A stretch of DNA of 63,310 nucleotides, counting the filler, from Eubacteriales bacterium (lineage in GTDB: Bacteria; Bacillota; Clostridia; Oscillospirales; CAG-382): the NCBI GenBank assembly GCA_045636665.1. It is 7 parts of 7 records of this genome, joined end to end, with 100 filler letters (N's around TTAATTAATTAA, not from the genome) between each part and the next. Parts side by side here need not be neighbours in the genome. Positions count along the whole stretch, not along the records: positions 46,890 to 60,244 come from JAZTXY010000109.1; 6 more parts are not named here. The stretch is one strand, 5' to 3'. A program made the position numbers and the translations under genes. Below, in pieces: positions 49,818 to 60,022 of this stretch (its first letter is position 1; the number at the start of each line of letters is the position of its first letter). The notes below the pieces were generated by a model that was not told the origin of the DNA, ran no database searches, and saw only the letters and a list, made by a program, of their open reading frames with translations.

Positions 49818-50503
49818 TTCGATGCCTCTTTTCTTTTCATTAACAGCTCTGCTATGGGAATATCATCGGGCGACGTCAATTTCATATTAACGCCGTCGAC
49901 CTTGATATAGCTTACCTCCACACCGATTTCCTCAAGTATCGAGGTTTCATCGGTGAAATCCGAAATATCGCAAAGCGCGTTCCTTGCGTGGAGATAAAGC
50001 GACTTTTTGAAGCATTGCGGAGTTTGTACCGCAAAAAGGTTTGCCCTTTCGGGCGTAGAAACAAAACCCGTCAACGGGTCCTTGTGCTTTACCGTGTCGG
50101 TAACAGCCGAGCAAACGCAAGCCGCACCGTGAAAGATTGCTTCCTTAACCGTTTCGTCAATCATTTTTGCCGTAACGAAGGGACGCGCGCAATCGTGGGT
50201 GCAAATAATTTCGCACTCTTTGGATGCACAGCTTATTCCGTTTGCGACCGATTCGGCACGCGTTGCCCCGCCGCGCGTGAAGGTTATCGGCTTTGCGATA
50301 TTACCTGCCAACGCGCGCAGCGAAGCTTCGTTATCCTCGGAGCAAACGACAACTATTTCGCTAACGCTTGAGCTGTCGAATGCTTCGAGGACGTATTCAA
50401 ATAAGGTTTTGCCCAAAATTTCAATATTGGGCTTCGATATGCCGCCCATACGGTTGCCGCTTCCTGCGGCGGCGATGACGGCACAGCATTTTTTTATGCA
50501 CAT
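49814..50503 (-). CDS. ispD: 2-C-methyl-D-erythritol 4-phosphate cytidylyltransferase
   Basis: [37 protein letters not shown]. Confidence 0.93.
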   Translation of the reverse strand: MCIKKCCAVIAAAGSGNRMGGISKPNIEILGKTLFEYVLEAFDSSSVSEIVVVCSEDNEASLRALAGNIAKPITFTRGGATRAESVANGISCASKECEIICTHDCARPFVTAKMIDETVKEAIFHGAACVCSAVTDTVKHKDPLTGFVSTPERANLFAVQTPQCFKKSLYLHARNALCDISDFTDETSILEEIGVEVSYIKVDGVNMKLTSPDDIPIAELLMKRKEASK

Positions 50504-50548
50504 ATCAACAGTATCTTCCTGAAACTGAAAATATATATTAGCGTGTTT

Positions 50549-51082
50549 TTAACCCTCGTAGTTATAACCCATTGCGAGTGCTTTTGCGTTAAGCTCGCCA
50601 AGCTCGGGCTTTGCCTTGGGCGCAGACGCTTTGATGCAGTCCATAAAGTAATCGTAATCGTAAAGACCGGTCTTCTTGATGAGGTAGCCGAGAATAATTA
50701 CGTTTGCGAGCTTGGAAAATCCTGCATCGTTTGCCATTTGTGTTGCGGGGATATAACAAGCGTTAACGTCCTCGCGCGAGGTTTTAACGTCGATAAGCGC
50801 ACTGTCGATAACGATAGTGCCGCCAACCGCAACTCTGCCTTCGAATTTAAGAAGCGAGGGCTTGTTCATTGCGATGAGAATATCGGGGGTGGTTACGAGA
50901 GGAGAACCGATGGGCTCGTCATCGATGTTAACCGAGCAGTTACAAGTACCGCCGCGCATTTCGGGACCGTAGGAGGGAAGCCAGCTTACCTGCTTGTCTG
51001 CCTTCATACCTGCAAGAACCAACTGTTTGCCGGCGAAAAGGATACCTTGTCCGCCAAAGCCTGCTAAAAGAATTGCACTCAT
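50549..51082 (-). CDS. 2-oxoacid:ferredoxin oxidoreductase gamma subunit
   Basis: AGFGGQG, PSYGPEMRGG. Confidence 0.93.
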   Translation of the reverse strand: MSAILLAGFGGQGILFAGKQLVLAGMKADKQVSWLPSYGPEMRGGTCNCSVNIDDEPIGSPLVTTPDILIAMNKPSLLKFEGRVAVGGTIVIDSALIDVKTSREDVNACYIPATQMANDAGFSKLANVIILGYLIKKTGLYDYDYFMDCIKASAPKAKPELGELNAKALAMGYNYEG

Positions 51083-51828
51083 TTTGTTTCCTCCTTGCTA
51101 ACGTCTTTGTAAACGCCTAACGGATAGTGAACCATCATATTCTCGCGCAACCATTCAAGCGATTTTTCGGGAGAAAGACCCCAGTTGGTGGGGCAGGTGG
51201 AGAGAACCTCGATGATAGAAAGGCCTTTTTTGTTCTTTTGCATTTCAAAGCCCTTCTTAATAGCTGCCTTTGCTTTGCGGATGTTGGGAACGCAGTCAAC
51301 CGAAACGCGTTCTGCATAAGCAACGCCGTCAAGGGTGCTTACCATTTCGCAAACACGGATGGGGTTACCCTGAATTTCCTTGATTCTGCCGTAGGGCGAG
51401 GTGGTGGATACCTGACCGAGCAGAGTTGTGGGAGCCATTTGGCCGCCCGTCATACCGTAAATTGCGTTATTTACGAAGATGATGGTGAGATTTTCACCTC
51501 TTGCGCCAACGTGAACGGTTTCGGCGGTACCGATAGCGGCAAGGTCGCCGTCACCCTGATAGGTGAATACGGTAAGGTCGGGGTTAGCGCGTTTTACGCC
51601 GGTTGCAACGGCGGGTGCTCTGCCGTGGGGTGCTTCGATCATATCGCAGTTGAAATAGTTATATGCGAAAACCGAGCAACCGACAGGCGCGATACCTACG
51701 GTGGTATCCTCAACGCCGAGCTCGTCGATAACTTCGGCAACAAGGCGGTGGATTATACCGTGAGTACAGCCGGGGCAGTAGTGAAAGGGTGTATCTGTAA
51801 GCGCATGCGGCTTTTCAAAAACGGTCAT
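51079..51828 (-). CDS. 2-oxoacid:ferredoxin oxidoreductase beta (TPP-binding) subunit
   Basis: YCPGC, VGCS, HGR, QGDGD...NN, YGMTGGQ, CPTNW. Confidence 0.93.
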   Translation of the reverse strand: MTVFEKPHALTDTPFHYCPGCTHGIIHRLVAEVIDELGVEDTTVGIAPVGCSVFAYNYFNCDMIEAPHGRAPAVATGVKRANPDLTVFTYQGDGDLAAIGTAETVHVGARGENLTIIFVNNAIYGMTGGQMAPTTLLGQVSTTSPYGRIKEIQGNPIRVCEMVSTLDGVAYAERVSVDCVPNIRKAKAAIKKGFEMQKNKKGLSIIEVLSTCPTNWGLSPEKSLEWLRENMMVHYPLGVYKDVSKEETK

Positions 51829-52892
51829 TATGCATTTCCTCCCGAAATTTCTTCGATTTTTGCGAGTATCTCCTCGGGAGAGGGGATCATGCCGCCCGTT
51901 CTTCCGTAGTGATATACGTCTTTTTTGCAGTTGATGGCAAGCTTAATGTCGTTTACCATCTGTCCCATATTCATTTCAACCGAAAGGAAGCTGTTTACCT
52001 TGTCGGCAAGTGCATTCAATTCCTTCTTGGGGAAGGGATAAAGTGTAATGGGACGGAAAAGACCTGCCTTGATGCCCTTCTTGCGTGCGTTGCGGACTGC
52101 GGTTTTTGCGATACGCGCGGTAATACCGTAGGCAACGAGAACGATATCGGCATCCTCGGTAAGATATTCTTCGTATTTAACTTCGTTTTCTTCGAGCTTC
52201 TTATATCTTTCGAAGCGTTCCAAAACGATTTTTTCAAGCTGGTCGGGTTCGATATAAAGCGAGTTTACGATGTTGTGAACGCGCTTTCCGCCGTGTCCGC
52301 AGCAAGCCCAATCCTTTTCGGGGATTTCACGCGCGGGCTTTGCTTCAAAGTCAACCGGCTCCATCATTTGTCCCAATGCGCCGTCTGCAAGAATCATACA
52401 GGGCATACGGTAGATGTCGGCAAGGTCGAAGGCTTCGCCTACGAGAGTCGCGATTTCCTGTACCGAGTTGGGTGCAAGAACGATTGCGTGACCGTCGCCG
52501 TGACCGAGCGCCTTGGTTGCTTGGTTATAGTCGCTTTGCGCGGGCTGAATACCGCCAAGACCGGGACCGCCGCGCTGTACGTTAACGATAACGCAGGGAA
52601 GGTCGGAGCCGATTATGTAGGAAATACCTTCGCACTTAAGCGAGATTCCGGGGGAAGAGGAGCTGGTGATAACTCGGGCACCGGTACTTGCCGCGCCCAA
52701 TACCATATTGATAGCGGCGATTTCACTTTCTGCTTGAAGCGAAAGACCGCCTCTTTTAGGCATCTGCTTTGCCATATATTCGGCAAGCTCGGTTTGAGGG
52801 GTAATGGGGTAACCGAAGAAGAGCTTACAGCCTGCACGGATAGCCGCTTCCGCAATCGCTTCGTTACCTTTCATCAAAAGCTTTTCGCCCAT
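51828..52892 (-). CDS. 2-oxoacid:ferredoxin oxidoreductase alpha subunit (VorB-like)
   Basis: KGNEAIAE, GYPITPQ, QAESE, SSSPG, RGGPGLG. Confidence 0.93.
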   Translation of the reverse strand: MGEKLLMKGNEAIAEAAIRAGCKLFFGYPITPQTELAEYMAKQMPKRGGLSLQAESEIAAINMVLGAASTGARVITSSSSPGISLKCEGISYIIGSDLPCVIVNVQRGGPGLGGIQPAQSDYNQATKALGHGDGHAIVLAPNSVQEIATLVGEAFDLADIYRMPCMILADGALGQMMEPVDFEAKPAREIPEKDWACCGHGGKRVHNIVNSLYIEPDQLEKIVLERFERYKKLEENEVKYEEYLTEDADIVLVAYGITARIAKTAVRNARKKGIKAGLFRPITLYPFPKKELNALADKVNSFLSVEMNMGQMVNDIKLAINCKKDVYHYGRTGGMIPSPEEILAKIEEISGGNA

Positions 52893-53107
52893 TATTTGTC
52901 ACCTCTTTCTACGGTTATAACAACGTCGGGACACATCGTCGCGCACATAGCACAAGCGATACATTTGTCCATTTCGGTTACGGTTGCGGGGTGATAACCC
53001 TTTGCGTTAAGGATGCTTTTGTCGAGGAAGACGATTTTCTTCGGGCAAGCCAAAACACAAAGTCCGCAACCCTTACAGAGTTCGGTTTTGAATGTTACTT
53101 TGTTCAT
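52892..53107 (-). CDS. 2[4Fe-4S] ferredoxin (delta subunit)
   Basis: CKGCGLCVLACP and CIACAMCATMCP. Confidence 0.92.
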   Translation of the reverse strand: MNKVTFKTELCKGCGLCVLACPKKIVFLDKSILNAKGYHPATVTEMDKCIACAMCATMCPDVVITVERGDK

Positions 53108-53139
53108 TTTCCTTGGTCCTTTATATAGTTTTTTTATTA

Positions 53140-53799
53140 TCAAAATAACTTTTTAGTTATATCGGTAATCGGAATAGTGTTTTCTACCGTCAGCCAATCG
53201 GGCGCGGTGGTGAGAAGCAGGGGAAGGTTTGAAATCTCCGCCAACTTTTGCGCATAGGGAATCGAGCTTAAAATATGTTCCTTTGTCGTTTCTGCGCCGA
53301 GGTTTGAATTGTTGATAATTCCGTGGAATTCCAAGCCCGACGCACGTTTTATTTCCTCAAGCACCTCCAAAGCGCTTTCGGGCTCGGCGGTGATATATCT
53401 GTAACGGTTATAAACGAAATACATTTTATAACCCGCTTCGACATAATCATCGTGCGAGCGACCCAAAACTGCCGCGCCGTCACCGTCGCCGCCGACGTCG
53501 GCAATCGATTTGCCCTCTCCGTTGAACAGCATGTGGTAATTGGGCGGAAGTGCGGGAATATCGACGTTTGTGTTTGCAAATTCGGGTATCATCGTTTGTA
53601 CGCCCAAGGCATCAAGCATTTTCGCGTTGTCTGCCGAGCGAAAATAGGGGTTGACTATGTCAAGGTCGGCAATACGGCAAACCTGACCGCTTTTGGCGAT
53701 ATCCATTGCCAAATTAACGGCAACGTTGGTTTTTCCTGCCCCATAGGGCCCCGAAATTATCGTAACCTTTTCGGTTGCAAGGTCTTTAAGTTGAATCAT
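53140..53799 (-). CDS. P-loop NTPase associated with the oxidoreductase operon
   Basis: GPYGAGKT, DLDIVNPYFRS, DVGGD, INNSNLG. Confidence 0.85.
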   Translation of the reverse strand: MIQLKDLATEKVTIISGPYGAGKTNVAVNLAMDIAKSGQVCRIADLDIVNPYFRSADNAKMLDALGVQTMIPEFANTNVDIPALPPNYHMLFNGEGKSIADVGGDGDGAAVLGRSHDDYVEAGYKMYFVYNRYRYITAEPESALEVLEEIKRASGLEFHGIINNSNLGAETTKEHILSSIPYAQKLAEISNLPLLLTTAPDWLTVENTIPITDITKKLF

Positions 53800-55014
53800 T
53801 TATGCGCCTCTGATAATATCTCCGCTTTTTGCGGAATCGATTTCAAGGTAAAATACCATACCTGCGTGCGGTGTCGAATCTATCGGATTCATTTCCTCGT
53901 CGAACATATTGCCGATGGTAAAATCCTGACCGAATTGGCTCGGCGAAAGCAAATTCGCCTTTTCGCCGACACGCATTTTGTTGCGTTGGAAGCATTTCGC
54001 CAGTTTCTTTTCGGCATCAAATTCGGTAACCGTCGCAAGGAAGGGACGGTCTGCGATATATTCGTTAACGGTAACGGTGTTTGCATCGGTCGAGGGAGAA
54101 GAATAGAAATAGCCCGTGCCGTATTCGCGGTGGCTTACGCTTTCGGTTTCGCGCAGACATCTTTCGTCAAACGCGCGTCCGCCGAAATAATCGTCAAGCG
54201 CGATTTTGTAAGCGTTTGTAATCGCGGCGGTGTAATAAGCGCTCTTCATTCTGCCTTCAATCTTAAGCGAATCGATACCTGTATCGACAAGGTCGTTAAT
54301 ATGCTCTATCATTCGCATATCGCGTGAGGAAAACACGTAAGTGCCGTCTTCAAACTGTTCGGCATACGCGGTTTCGCCGTGCTTTTCTTCACGAAGAAAA
54401 TATTTCCATCTGCAGGGCTGAGCACAAGCGCCGCCGTTTGCGTTTCTGCCCGTGTAATAGTTGGACATCAAGCATCTGCCCGAATAGGAAATGCACATCG
54501 CGCCGTGAATAAAGCATTCTATTTCGGTTTCCTCGGGAATGTTGGCACGTATTGTCTTTATCTCGTCAAGCGAGAGCTCACGCGCAAGAACAACACGCTT
54601 AACTCCGTATCTGCTCCAGAATCTGATCGCTGCCGAGTTTACTGTCGACGCCTGCGTCGACAGGTGCAATTCCGCATCGGGAATCGCCTCTTTTATAATG
54701 TCCATAACACCCGGATCGCTTATGATATAAGCATCGGGATTGATTTCGGCAAGGATTTTTGCATATTCGCGCAAATCGTTAAGCTCGTGGTCGCGCGGCA
54801 TTGTGTTTAAGGTAACGTAAACCTTTGCGTTGCGAGCGTGGGCGTATTCAAGCCCCTCTGCCAACTGCTCGGGGCTTAAGTTGCCTGCCGATGCGCGCAT
54901 ACCGAAGCGGTTAAGCGCACAGTAAACTGCATCTGCGCCGTAGTTTATAGCGTATTTTAGCTTTTCAAGGTTGCCCGCAGGCGATAAAAGCTCGGGCCTT
55001 TTTTTATTAACCAT
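53800..55014 (-). CDS. U32 family protein (TrhP/YegQ-like, tRNA hydroxylation family)
   Basis: PELLSPAG, HLSTQA, HGAMCISYSGRC, CAQPCRW, KIEGRMK; start set at ATG 55014. Confidence 0.9.
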   Translation of the reverse strand: MVNKKRPELLSPAGNLEKLKYAINYGADAVYCALNRFGMRASAGNLSPEQLAEGLEYAHARNAKVYVTLNTMPRDHELNDLREYAKILAEINPDAYIISDPGVMDIIKEAIPDAELHLSTQASTVNSAAIRFWSRYGVKRVVLARELSLDEIKTIRANIPEETEIECFIHGAMCISYSGRCLMSNYYTGRNANGGACAQPCRWKYFLREEKHGETAYAEQFEDGTYVFSSRDMRMIEHINDLVDTGIDSLKIEGRMKSAYYTAAITNAYKIALDDYFGGRAFDERCLRETESVSHREYGTGYFYSSPSTDANTVTVNEYIADRPFLATVTEFDAEKKLAKCFQRNKMRVGEKANLLSPSQFGQDFTIGNMFDEEMNPIDSTPHAGMVFYLEIDSAKSGDIIRGA

Positions 55015-56593
55015 CGTAAGTTCCGTTTTCAATTGCAATATTGTCCGCCTTTGCTTGGGCGACGTTCTTTTCGTGACTGCTCTTGCTCGATGCAAAATAG
55101 GTCTTGCCGGCATCGTTGGAAACGAAGAAGTAAGCATCGATATCCTTGCCGCTGCTCGAAAGCGGCGCTATCGGGAACATTGCGGCGTAAAGCGCGTCAA
55201 GTCCGGGGTTGCTTATCGCTCCGGGAGGCAGTCCGTCGTAAAGATAGGTGTTATAGGGTGATTCGTAATTGGGATTTAATTCCTCGGAATCGGAAATTCT
55301 TTCGGGTAAAACGTATTGAATGGTGGCGTCGCTTTCCAATTTCGGGAAGGACGACGGATGGGAAAGACGGTTGTGGAAGACGTATGAAATCGCATAGAAA
55401 TCATCAACCGTACCGCCTTCGCTTTGCGTGAGCGATGCAAGAACGATCAAATCGTCAAAGGTAAGGTTATATTCCTTAAGCATCGTTTCCTGATAGGATT
55501 CACCCTTGCTGTTTACACGGGTAAAGTCCTTCCAGAATTTATCGTTGAAAGCGTTGAGCATTTTGTTGACAACGTAAACTTCGCTTTCGGTCGTGTAAAA
55601 TTCATAGGTGTCGGGGTAAAGATAGCCCTCCAAACGGTATTTGCGGTGTTCGGAGTAGCCAAGCTCCTCCAAGCGCTGAACAAATTCCCATTTATAGGGG
55701 TAATTGTTTATCGCTTCAATATAATCCTCGCGCTGACCTACGCCCTTTTCGATAAGAAGGTCGATTATCTGGTCAATGGTAAAGCCCTCGGGAATGGTAA
55801 CGCGCACGATTTCACGCTTAACCGATTTCGAGGTAAGCGCAGTGATTATCTGCGAATAGTTGTAATTGGTGTTGAGCTTGTAGTCGCCGGGAATATATTC
55901 CGAGCTGCTGTCGCCGTCGGAACGATATTCCATATAAATTTCATAAACCCAACCGTATTTGATAACGCCCTTTTCTTCCAAAAGCTCGCCAACGCTTTCG
56001 TGAGTCGCATTACTTTCAATGGTAAGCGTGATTTCCTTCGTGTCGGTAACGAGCGCGAAAACGTCGTTGCCAATGGTTATGATATAGTAAGAAAGATAAG
56101 CCGCAACAACCAAAACAAGAGCGATATAAACCACCGCCTTCGGGATGATGGCGATATTGCGGACAATGCTTCCGAGAACCGCGAACACGCCGATGCGTTC
56201 CTTTTCCGCAGGCTCCGAAACGGTATCCTCTTCCTCTGCCACGGGCAGGGGAATGCTTCCGTCATCCTCGGAGAAATGGTTCGAAAAGCTTGCCAAATCC
56301 TCTCCGATGGGCAAATCCGCTTCGGGCAGGGGCTGTGCGGTATCGCTTTCTTCGCTTAAGTGGCTGAATATCGCAACGGGGATTTCGGCTTCCTCCTCGG
56401 TCGGCTCGGCTTCTTCGTAATTGTTTTCGATTTTCGAGCTTCCCTTTGACAGTATTTCGAGTATTTCATCAACACTGCTTACGTCGTCCGAGCCCTCAAG
56501 CGTTTCTTTAACGTCTTTTTGCTTTTTGTCGCTATATTCGTTTAATATTTCGAAAAGCTCGTCTGCGCGGCTGTTTTCTTTTTTATCTGCCAA
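55007..56593 (-). CDS. mltG: Endolytic transglycosylase MltG with long acidic N-terminal extension
   Basis: VTIPEG, LEGYLYPDTY, LESDATIQY, SPYNTY, GLPPGAISNPG; TTG start with SD AAGGAGG. Confidence 0.92.
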   Translation of the reverse strand: MADKKENSRADELFEILNEYSDKKQKDVKETLEGSDDVSSVDEILEILSKGSSKIENNYEEAEPTEEEAEIPVAIFSHLSEESDTAQPLPEADLPIGEDLASFSNHFSEDDGSIPLPVAEEEDTVSEPAEKERIGVFAVLGSIVRNIAIIPKAVVYIALVLVVAAYLSYYIITIGNDVFALVTDTKEITLTIESNATHESVGELLEEKGVIKYGWVYEIYMEYRSDGDSSSEYIPGDYKLNTNYNYSQIITALTSKSVKREIVRVTIPEGFTIDQIIDLLIEKGVGQREDYIEAINNYPYKWEFVQRLEELGYSEHRKYRLEGYLYPDTYEFYTTESEVYVVNKMLNAFNDKFWKDFTRVNSKGESYQETMLKEYNLTFDDLIVLASLTQSEGGTVDDFYAISYVFHNRLSHPSSFPKLESDATIQYVLPERISDSEELNPNYESPYNTYLYDGLPPGAISNPGLDALYAAMFPIAPLSSSGKDIDAYFFVSNDAGKTYFASSKSSHEKNVAQAKADNIAIENGTYDG

Positions 56594-56605
56594 AGCAATT
56601 CCTCC

Positions 56606-57520
56606 TTAAAAATACAGCGAAAAGATGATAAAGCCGATAAGCAACACCAAAAACGTCGGAGAAAGGAACACCTTGCCGAGGTTGTGTCTGCTTTTCGGGG
56701 GTATGGATTCGATTTGCGGTCGCTCGGAATAGGCGTAAAATATACTTTCCACACGCGAAAGGAAAAGGATACTCGCTATTCCCGTAATCATAACGAGAAT
56801 AAATCCGATAAAGAACGCGCCGTTTTTAACAACGGTAACACGCAAAAACGCGTCGCTTGCGTAAATGCTTAAGGTGTTACTTAAAAGGTGAAGGATTATC
56901 GAGGGGATTATCGAACGGGTGACAGCGGTTACAAATCCGAGCAACAAGCCCGTGAACAGGTAGATAACCATATTCTCAATCGAAAAATGAAGCATCGCAA
57001 AGCAAAGCGCGGAAATCATTATCGCGTTGCCCGTGCCGTATTTGCGGTATTCGCTGAAAACAATGCCGCGGAAGAAAAATTCTTCACAAAATGCGGGGAT
57101 AACGATAAGCGAAAGGATAATTTCGATATGGCTTGTGTCCTCGGTCGTGCCCGAAAAATCCTTGTAGAAATTAACGAGCGATGCGACCTCGCCGCCGTTG
57201 ATAAAATAGAAATACTTTATAAGCAGCATACCGCTTATGAAAAGCAATGCCGAGAAGATAAGGAACAAAATGTGTGTGCCGCCCTTCGGCACGATAAACA
57301 TCGGTTCTTGAAGCTTACGTCCCTTTAAAAGGTAATAAAGCATACACGGTAATGCAAGGACCGCAAGCTGGATAACCCCAACCGCGAGGAAAAGATTGGT
57401 TTCGCTGTCAACCGTGGCAAGAGCATATTTCGACGCTTGCATCGCGGCGATAACGAAAATGACCAAGATAGGCGTTGTGAACGCCGGCGATTTGATCTTT
57501 TCTTTTAACGATTCCGCCAC
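56606..57520 (-). CDS. CPBP/Abi family intramembrane metalloprotease
   Basis: EEFFFRG, FAMLH, HLLSN. Confidence 0.9.
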   Translation of the reverse strand: MAESLKEKIKSPAFTTPILVIFVIAAMQASKYALATVDSETNLFLAVGVIQLAVLALPCMLYYLLKGRKLQEPMFIVPKGGTHILFLIFSALLFISGMLLIKYFYFINGGEVASLVNFYKDFSGTTEDTSHIEIILSLIVIPAFCEEFFFRGIVFSEYRKYGTGNAIMISALCFAMLHFSIENMVIYLFTGLLLGFVTAVTRSIIPSIILHLLSNTLSIYASDAFLRVTVVKNGAFFIGFILVMITGIASILFLSRVESIFYAYSERPQIESIPPKSRHNLGKVFLSPTFLVLLIGFIIFSLYF

Positions 57521-57559
57521 TTTTTCCTTCCTCCCTTCGCGGTGATTTTTTTAAACGAA

Positions 57560-58108
57560 TCAGTTGTGTCGTACAGAAGCGCGAATTTCGTTTGCGGCTT
57601 CGGTGCCGTACATAACCTCGACAAGCTTAAAGCCAAATTCGAACGAAACGCCCATACCCTCTGCGGTGATGAAAATATCGTCGTGCTCAACCTTTTTGCC
57701 GGTTATGTTGGCATATTGCAAAGCAGGTGCAAAATCGGGGTAAACGGCGGCGTTTCTGCCGTCAAGCAGACGCATTTTGCCGAGTATCGAGGGTGCGGCG
57801 CAGATAGCTGCGATGTAAAGTCCGCGGCTTGCGGCATATTCGATAAGACTTAAAACTCTGGGATTGTCGCCGAGAAGCTGAGTGCCCAAGGCTCCGCCCG
57901 GAAGAACGAGGCAGGACATATCCTCCTTGCGAAGCTCGTCGATAGTAATATCTGCCGAAACGGTGATTCCGTGTGCGCCGGGGACTGCAAGACCGCCTTC
58001 TGCCGCAACAAGAACAACGTTTGCGCCTGCGCGCTTCAACAGGTCTGCGGGGACTATTGCTTCGCTTTCTTCAAAACCTCTTGCGAGGAGAATATATACG
58101 GTATTCAT
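57560..58108 (-). CDS. DJ-1/ThiJ/PfpI family protein
   Basis: GFEESE, LPGG, AAICAAP. Confidence 0.92.
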   Translation of the reverse strand: MNTVYILLARGFEESEAIVPADLLKRAGANVVLVAAEGGLAVPGAHGITVSADITIDELRKEDMSCLVLPGGALGTQLLGDNPRVLSLIEYAASRGLYIAAICAAPSILGKMRLLDGRNAAVYPDFAPALQYANITGKKVEHDDIFITAEGMGVSFEFGFKLVEVMYGTEAANEIRASVRHN

Positions 58109-58112
58109 AGCT

Positions 58113-58796
58113 TTACTTCCTTTCAAATTCGGGAATAATTTCTTTTAACCGTTCAACTATTTCTTGGTGAATATCCTCACGCGCGCGGAGCTCGCCGTCA
58201 CGCGCACAGTCAATTTTGATCCAACCCAGCTTTTCCGCCGAATAAAGCGCGGCGCGATAGGAATTTTCAAGATGCTTTTTGTTGCTTTCGTGAATATCCT
58301 TTTCGGCGCCCGTTTCGTCGCAACGGTGCTGTATCATCTTTTGCGAAACCTCGGGCGGTACGCAAAGGTAAACGACGGCGTCGGGCTTCGGTATGCCCAA
58401 TTTGTTGTATTCGTAATCCATAAGCCAAGAAAGGAACGAATCGTATTCGCTTTCATCAAGCTTGCTCAGCTGATGCACTGCGTTTGCCGAGGTATAGCGG
58501 TTTGCAAGGATTATACTGCCGTTTTCGTAATCCTTTTTCCAATCGAGCATATAAGAGCAATATCTGTCTGCACCGAAAAAGCTGCTTGCCGCAAAGGGAT
58601 TGACGGTTTCGGGATCGTCGCCGAAGCGTCCCTTTAGATACATATTCACGTGCGCGGAATAATCGGGATCATAGGTGGGGAACGAAAGATAACGGTAGGG
58701 AAGTTCCATTCCTGCGATTTTATCTTTGAGCATTTCGGTTTGAGTCATCTTGCCCGAGGCATCCAAGCCGTCGATGGCAATAAGGCGTTTTTTCAC
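58113..58796 (-). CDS. tmk: Thymidylate kinase-like dNMP kinase
   Basis: IAIDGLDASGK, SFP, DR, NRY, PDAVVYL, DIHE; GTG start with SD GGAGG. Confidence 0.8.
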   Translation of the reverse strand: MKKRLIAIDGLDASGKMTQTEMLKDKIAGMELPYRYLSFPTYDPDYSAHVNMYLKGRFGDDPETVNPFAASSFFGADRYCSYMLDWKKDYENGSIILANRYTSANAVHQLSKLDESEYDSFLSWLMDYEYNKLGIPKPDAVVYLCVPPEVSQKMIQHRCDETGAEKDIHESNKKHLENSYRAALYSAEKLGWIKIDCARDGELRAREDIHQEIVERLKEIIPEFERK

Positions 58797-59060
58797 GGTG
58801 CTCCCTCCCTTAATCAAAATTGGGTATAGTTATCGATTATTTCTCAATATGAAAGTATACCACAATAATTATGAAATTGCAATAAAATTAAAGAAAAATT
58901 CATAACGAACGGTGATATCGTTTTAATGCCAGAAAATGCTTGAAAAACATTGTTGATTTTAACTATTGTTGAAGCATATATATGTATATATAATATTAAT
59001 ATAGGGATAGTTGCAGTCCGCAATATTATAGATGAAATTACACGAAGGGAGAATAAAATT

Positions 59061-59978
59061 ATGAAAAAGTTAAGTTTTGTTTTGGCTGTCTGCCTTCTGG
59101 CATCCTGCTTCACCCTGTTTGCAAGTGCGGCAGATGATTTCGACGTGGTCATTATCGACGGGGTGCCCTGCGTAAAGGATGAGATAATTTTATTCACTAA
59201 CGTATTTTACGACCCCGATGACTATACCGATGCCGAGGGCTCGGAGTTTTTAGGTATTTGCATAGTCAAGCTGGAAGCGCTCTTTCCTTGCGAAACCGAT
59301 GAGGAATTAAAGGCTTGGCAGGAAAAGGTGGGTGACCTTTATTCTTACTGTGTGACTATCGACGGCAAAATTCCTTTGAAGGAAGCTATCAAGGTCTTGT
59401 CCGAGCAAGAAACGGTTTTAGAGGCGGATATTAACGGTATTATTTATCTCGATGATGAATTGGATACCTATACCGCATCGGAGTCCCCTATCAACGAAAG
59501 CAACGTTGACGAAATTAAGGTGAGCGATTCCTTTGTTTCTTCGGTTTTTGAGTTGACCTTTGAAGAAGAATTGGACGTTTCACAGTTTGGCGGCGAAGAA
59601 AAGGGATATCTTTTCGGTGTGGGTATTGAAAGCATTGAAAAAGCCGAGGGCAAGGATGACTTTACCTATACCGTTACGGTTGACGGAGAGATCAAGGTTC
59701 CGATTGTAAAGCTTGTATTTGAATCTGCCGATGGAATTTCCGCGCTCAAAGCTTTTTCAACCTACGGCAGCGGTGACGTAAACAAAGACCGCGCCGTGGA
59801 TAAATTTGACTACATTCTTATCAAACGCTTGTGTCTTGGCACGTTTCGAGGCACGATCACGCAGCTCGGAGCATCGGACATAAATACCGACGGAACGGTT
59901 GATAAATTCGATTATATCCTTGCTAAGCGTCAGGTGTTCGGCACTTATACGATTTCCAACGAAATCATAATTCCTTAA
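59061..59978 (+). CDS. Secreted protein with two prodomain-like repeats and a C-terminal dockerin
   Basis: SD GGGAG, signal peptide ending ASA; dockerin GDVNKDRAVDKFDYILIKR...DINTDGTVDKFDYILAKR. Confidence 0.78.
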   Translation: MKKLSFVLAVCLLASCFTLFASAADDFDVVIIDGVPCVKDEIILFTNVFYDPDDYTDAEGSEFLGICIVKLEALFPCETDEELKAWQEKVGDLYSYCVTIDGKIPLKEAIKVLSEQETVLEADINGIIYLDDELDTYTASESPINESNVDEIKVSDSFVSSVFELTFEEELDVSQFGGEEKGYLFGVGIESIEKAEGKDDFTYTVTVDGEIKVPIVKLVFESADGISALKAFSTYGSGDVNKDRAVDKFDYILIKRLCLGTFRGTITQLGASDINTDGTVDKFDYILAKRQVFGTYTISNEIIIP

Positions 59979-59988
59979 AGAAACAAGG

Positions 59989-60018
59989 AAAAGCCGTTGC
60001 GGTTTGCAACGGCTTTTT
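59989..60018. terminator. Bidirectional terminator between the dockerin gene and the dnaJ 3' end
   Basis: AAAAGCCGTTGC-ggttt-GCAACGGCTTTTT. Confidence 0.85.
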
Positions 60019-60022
60019 GAAT

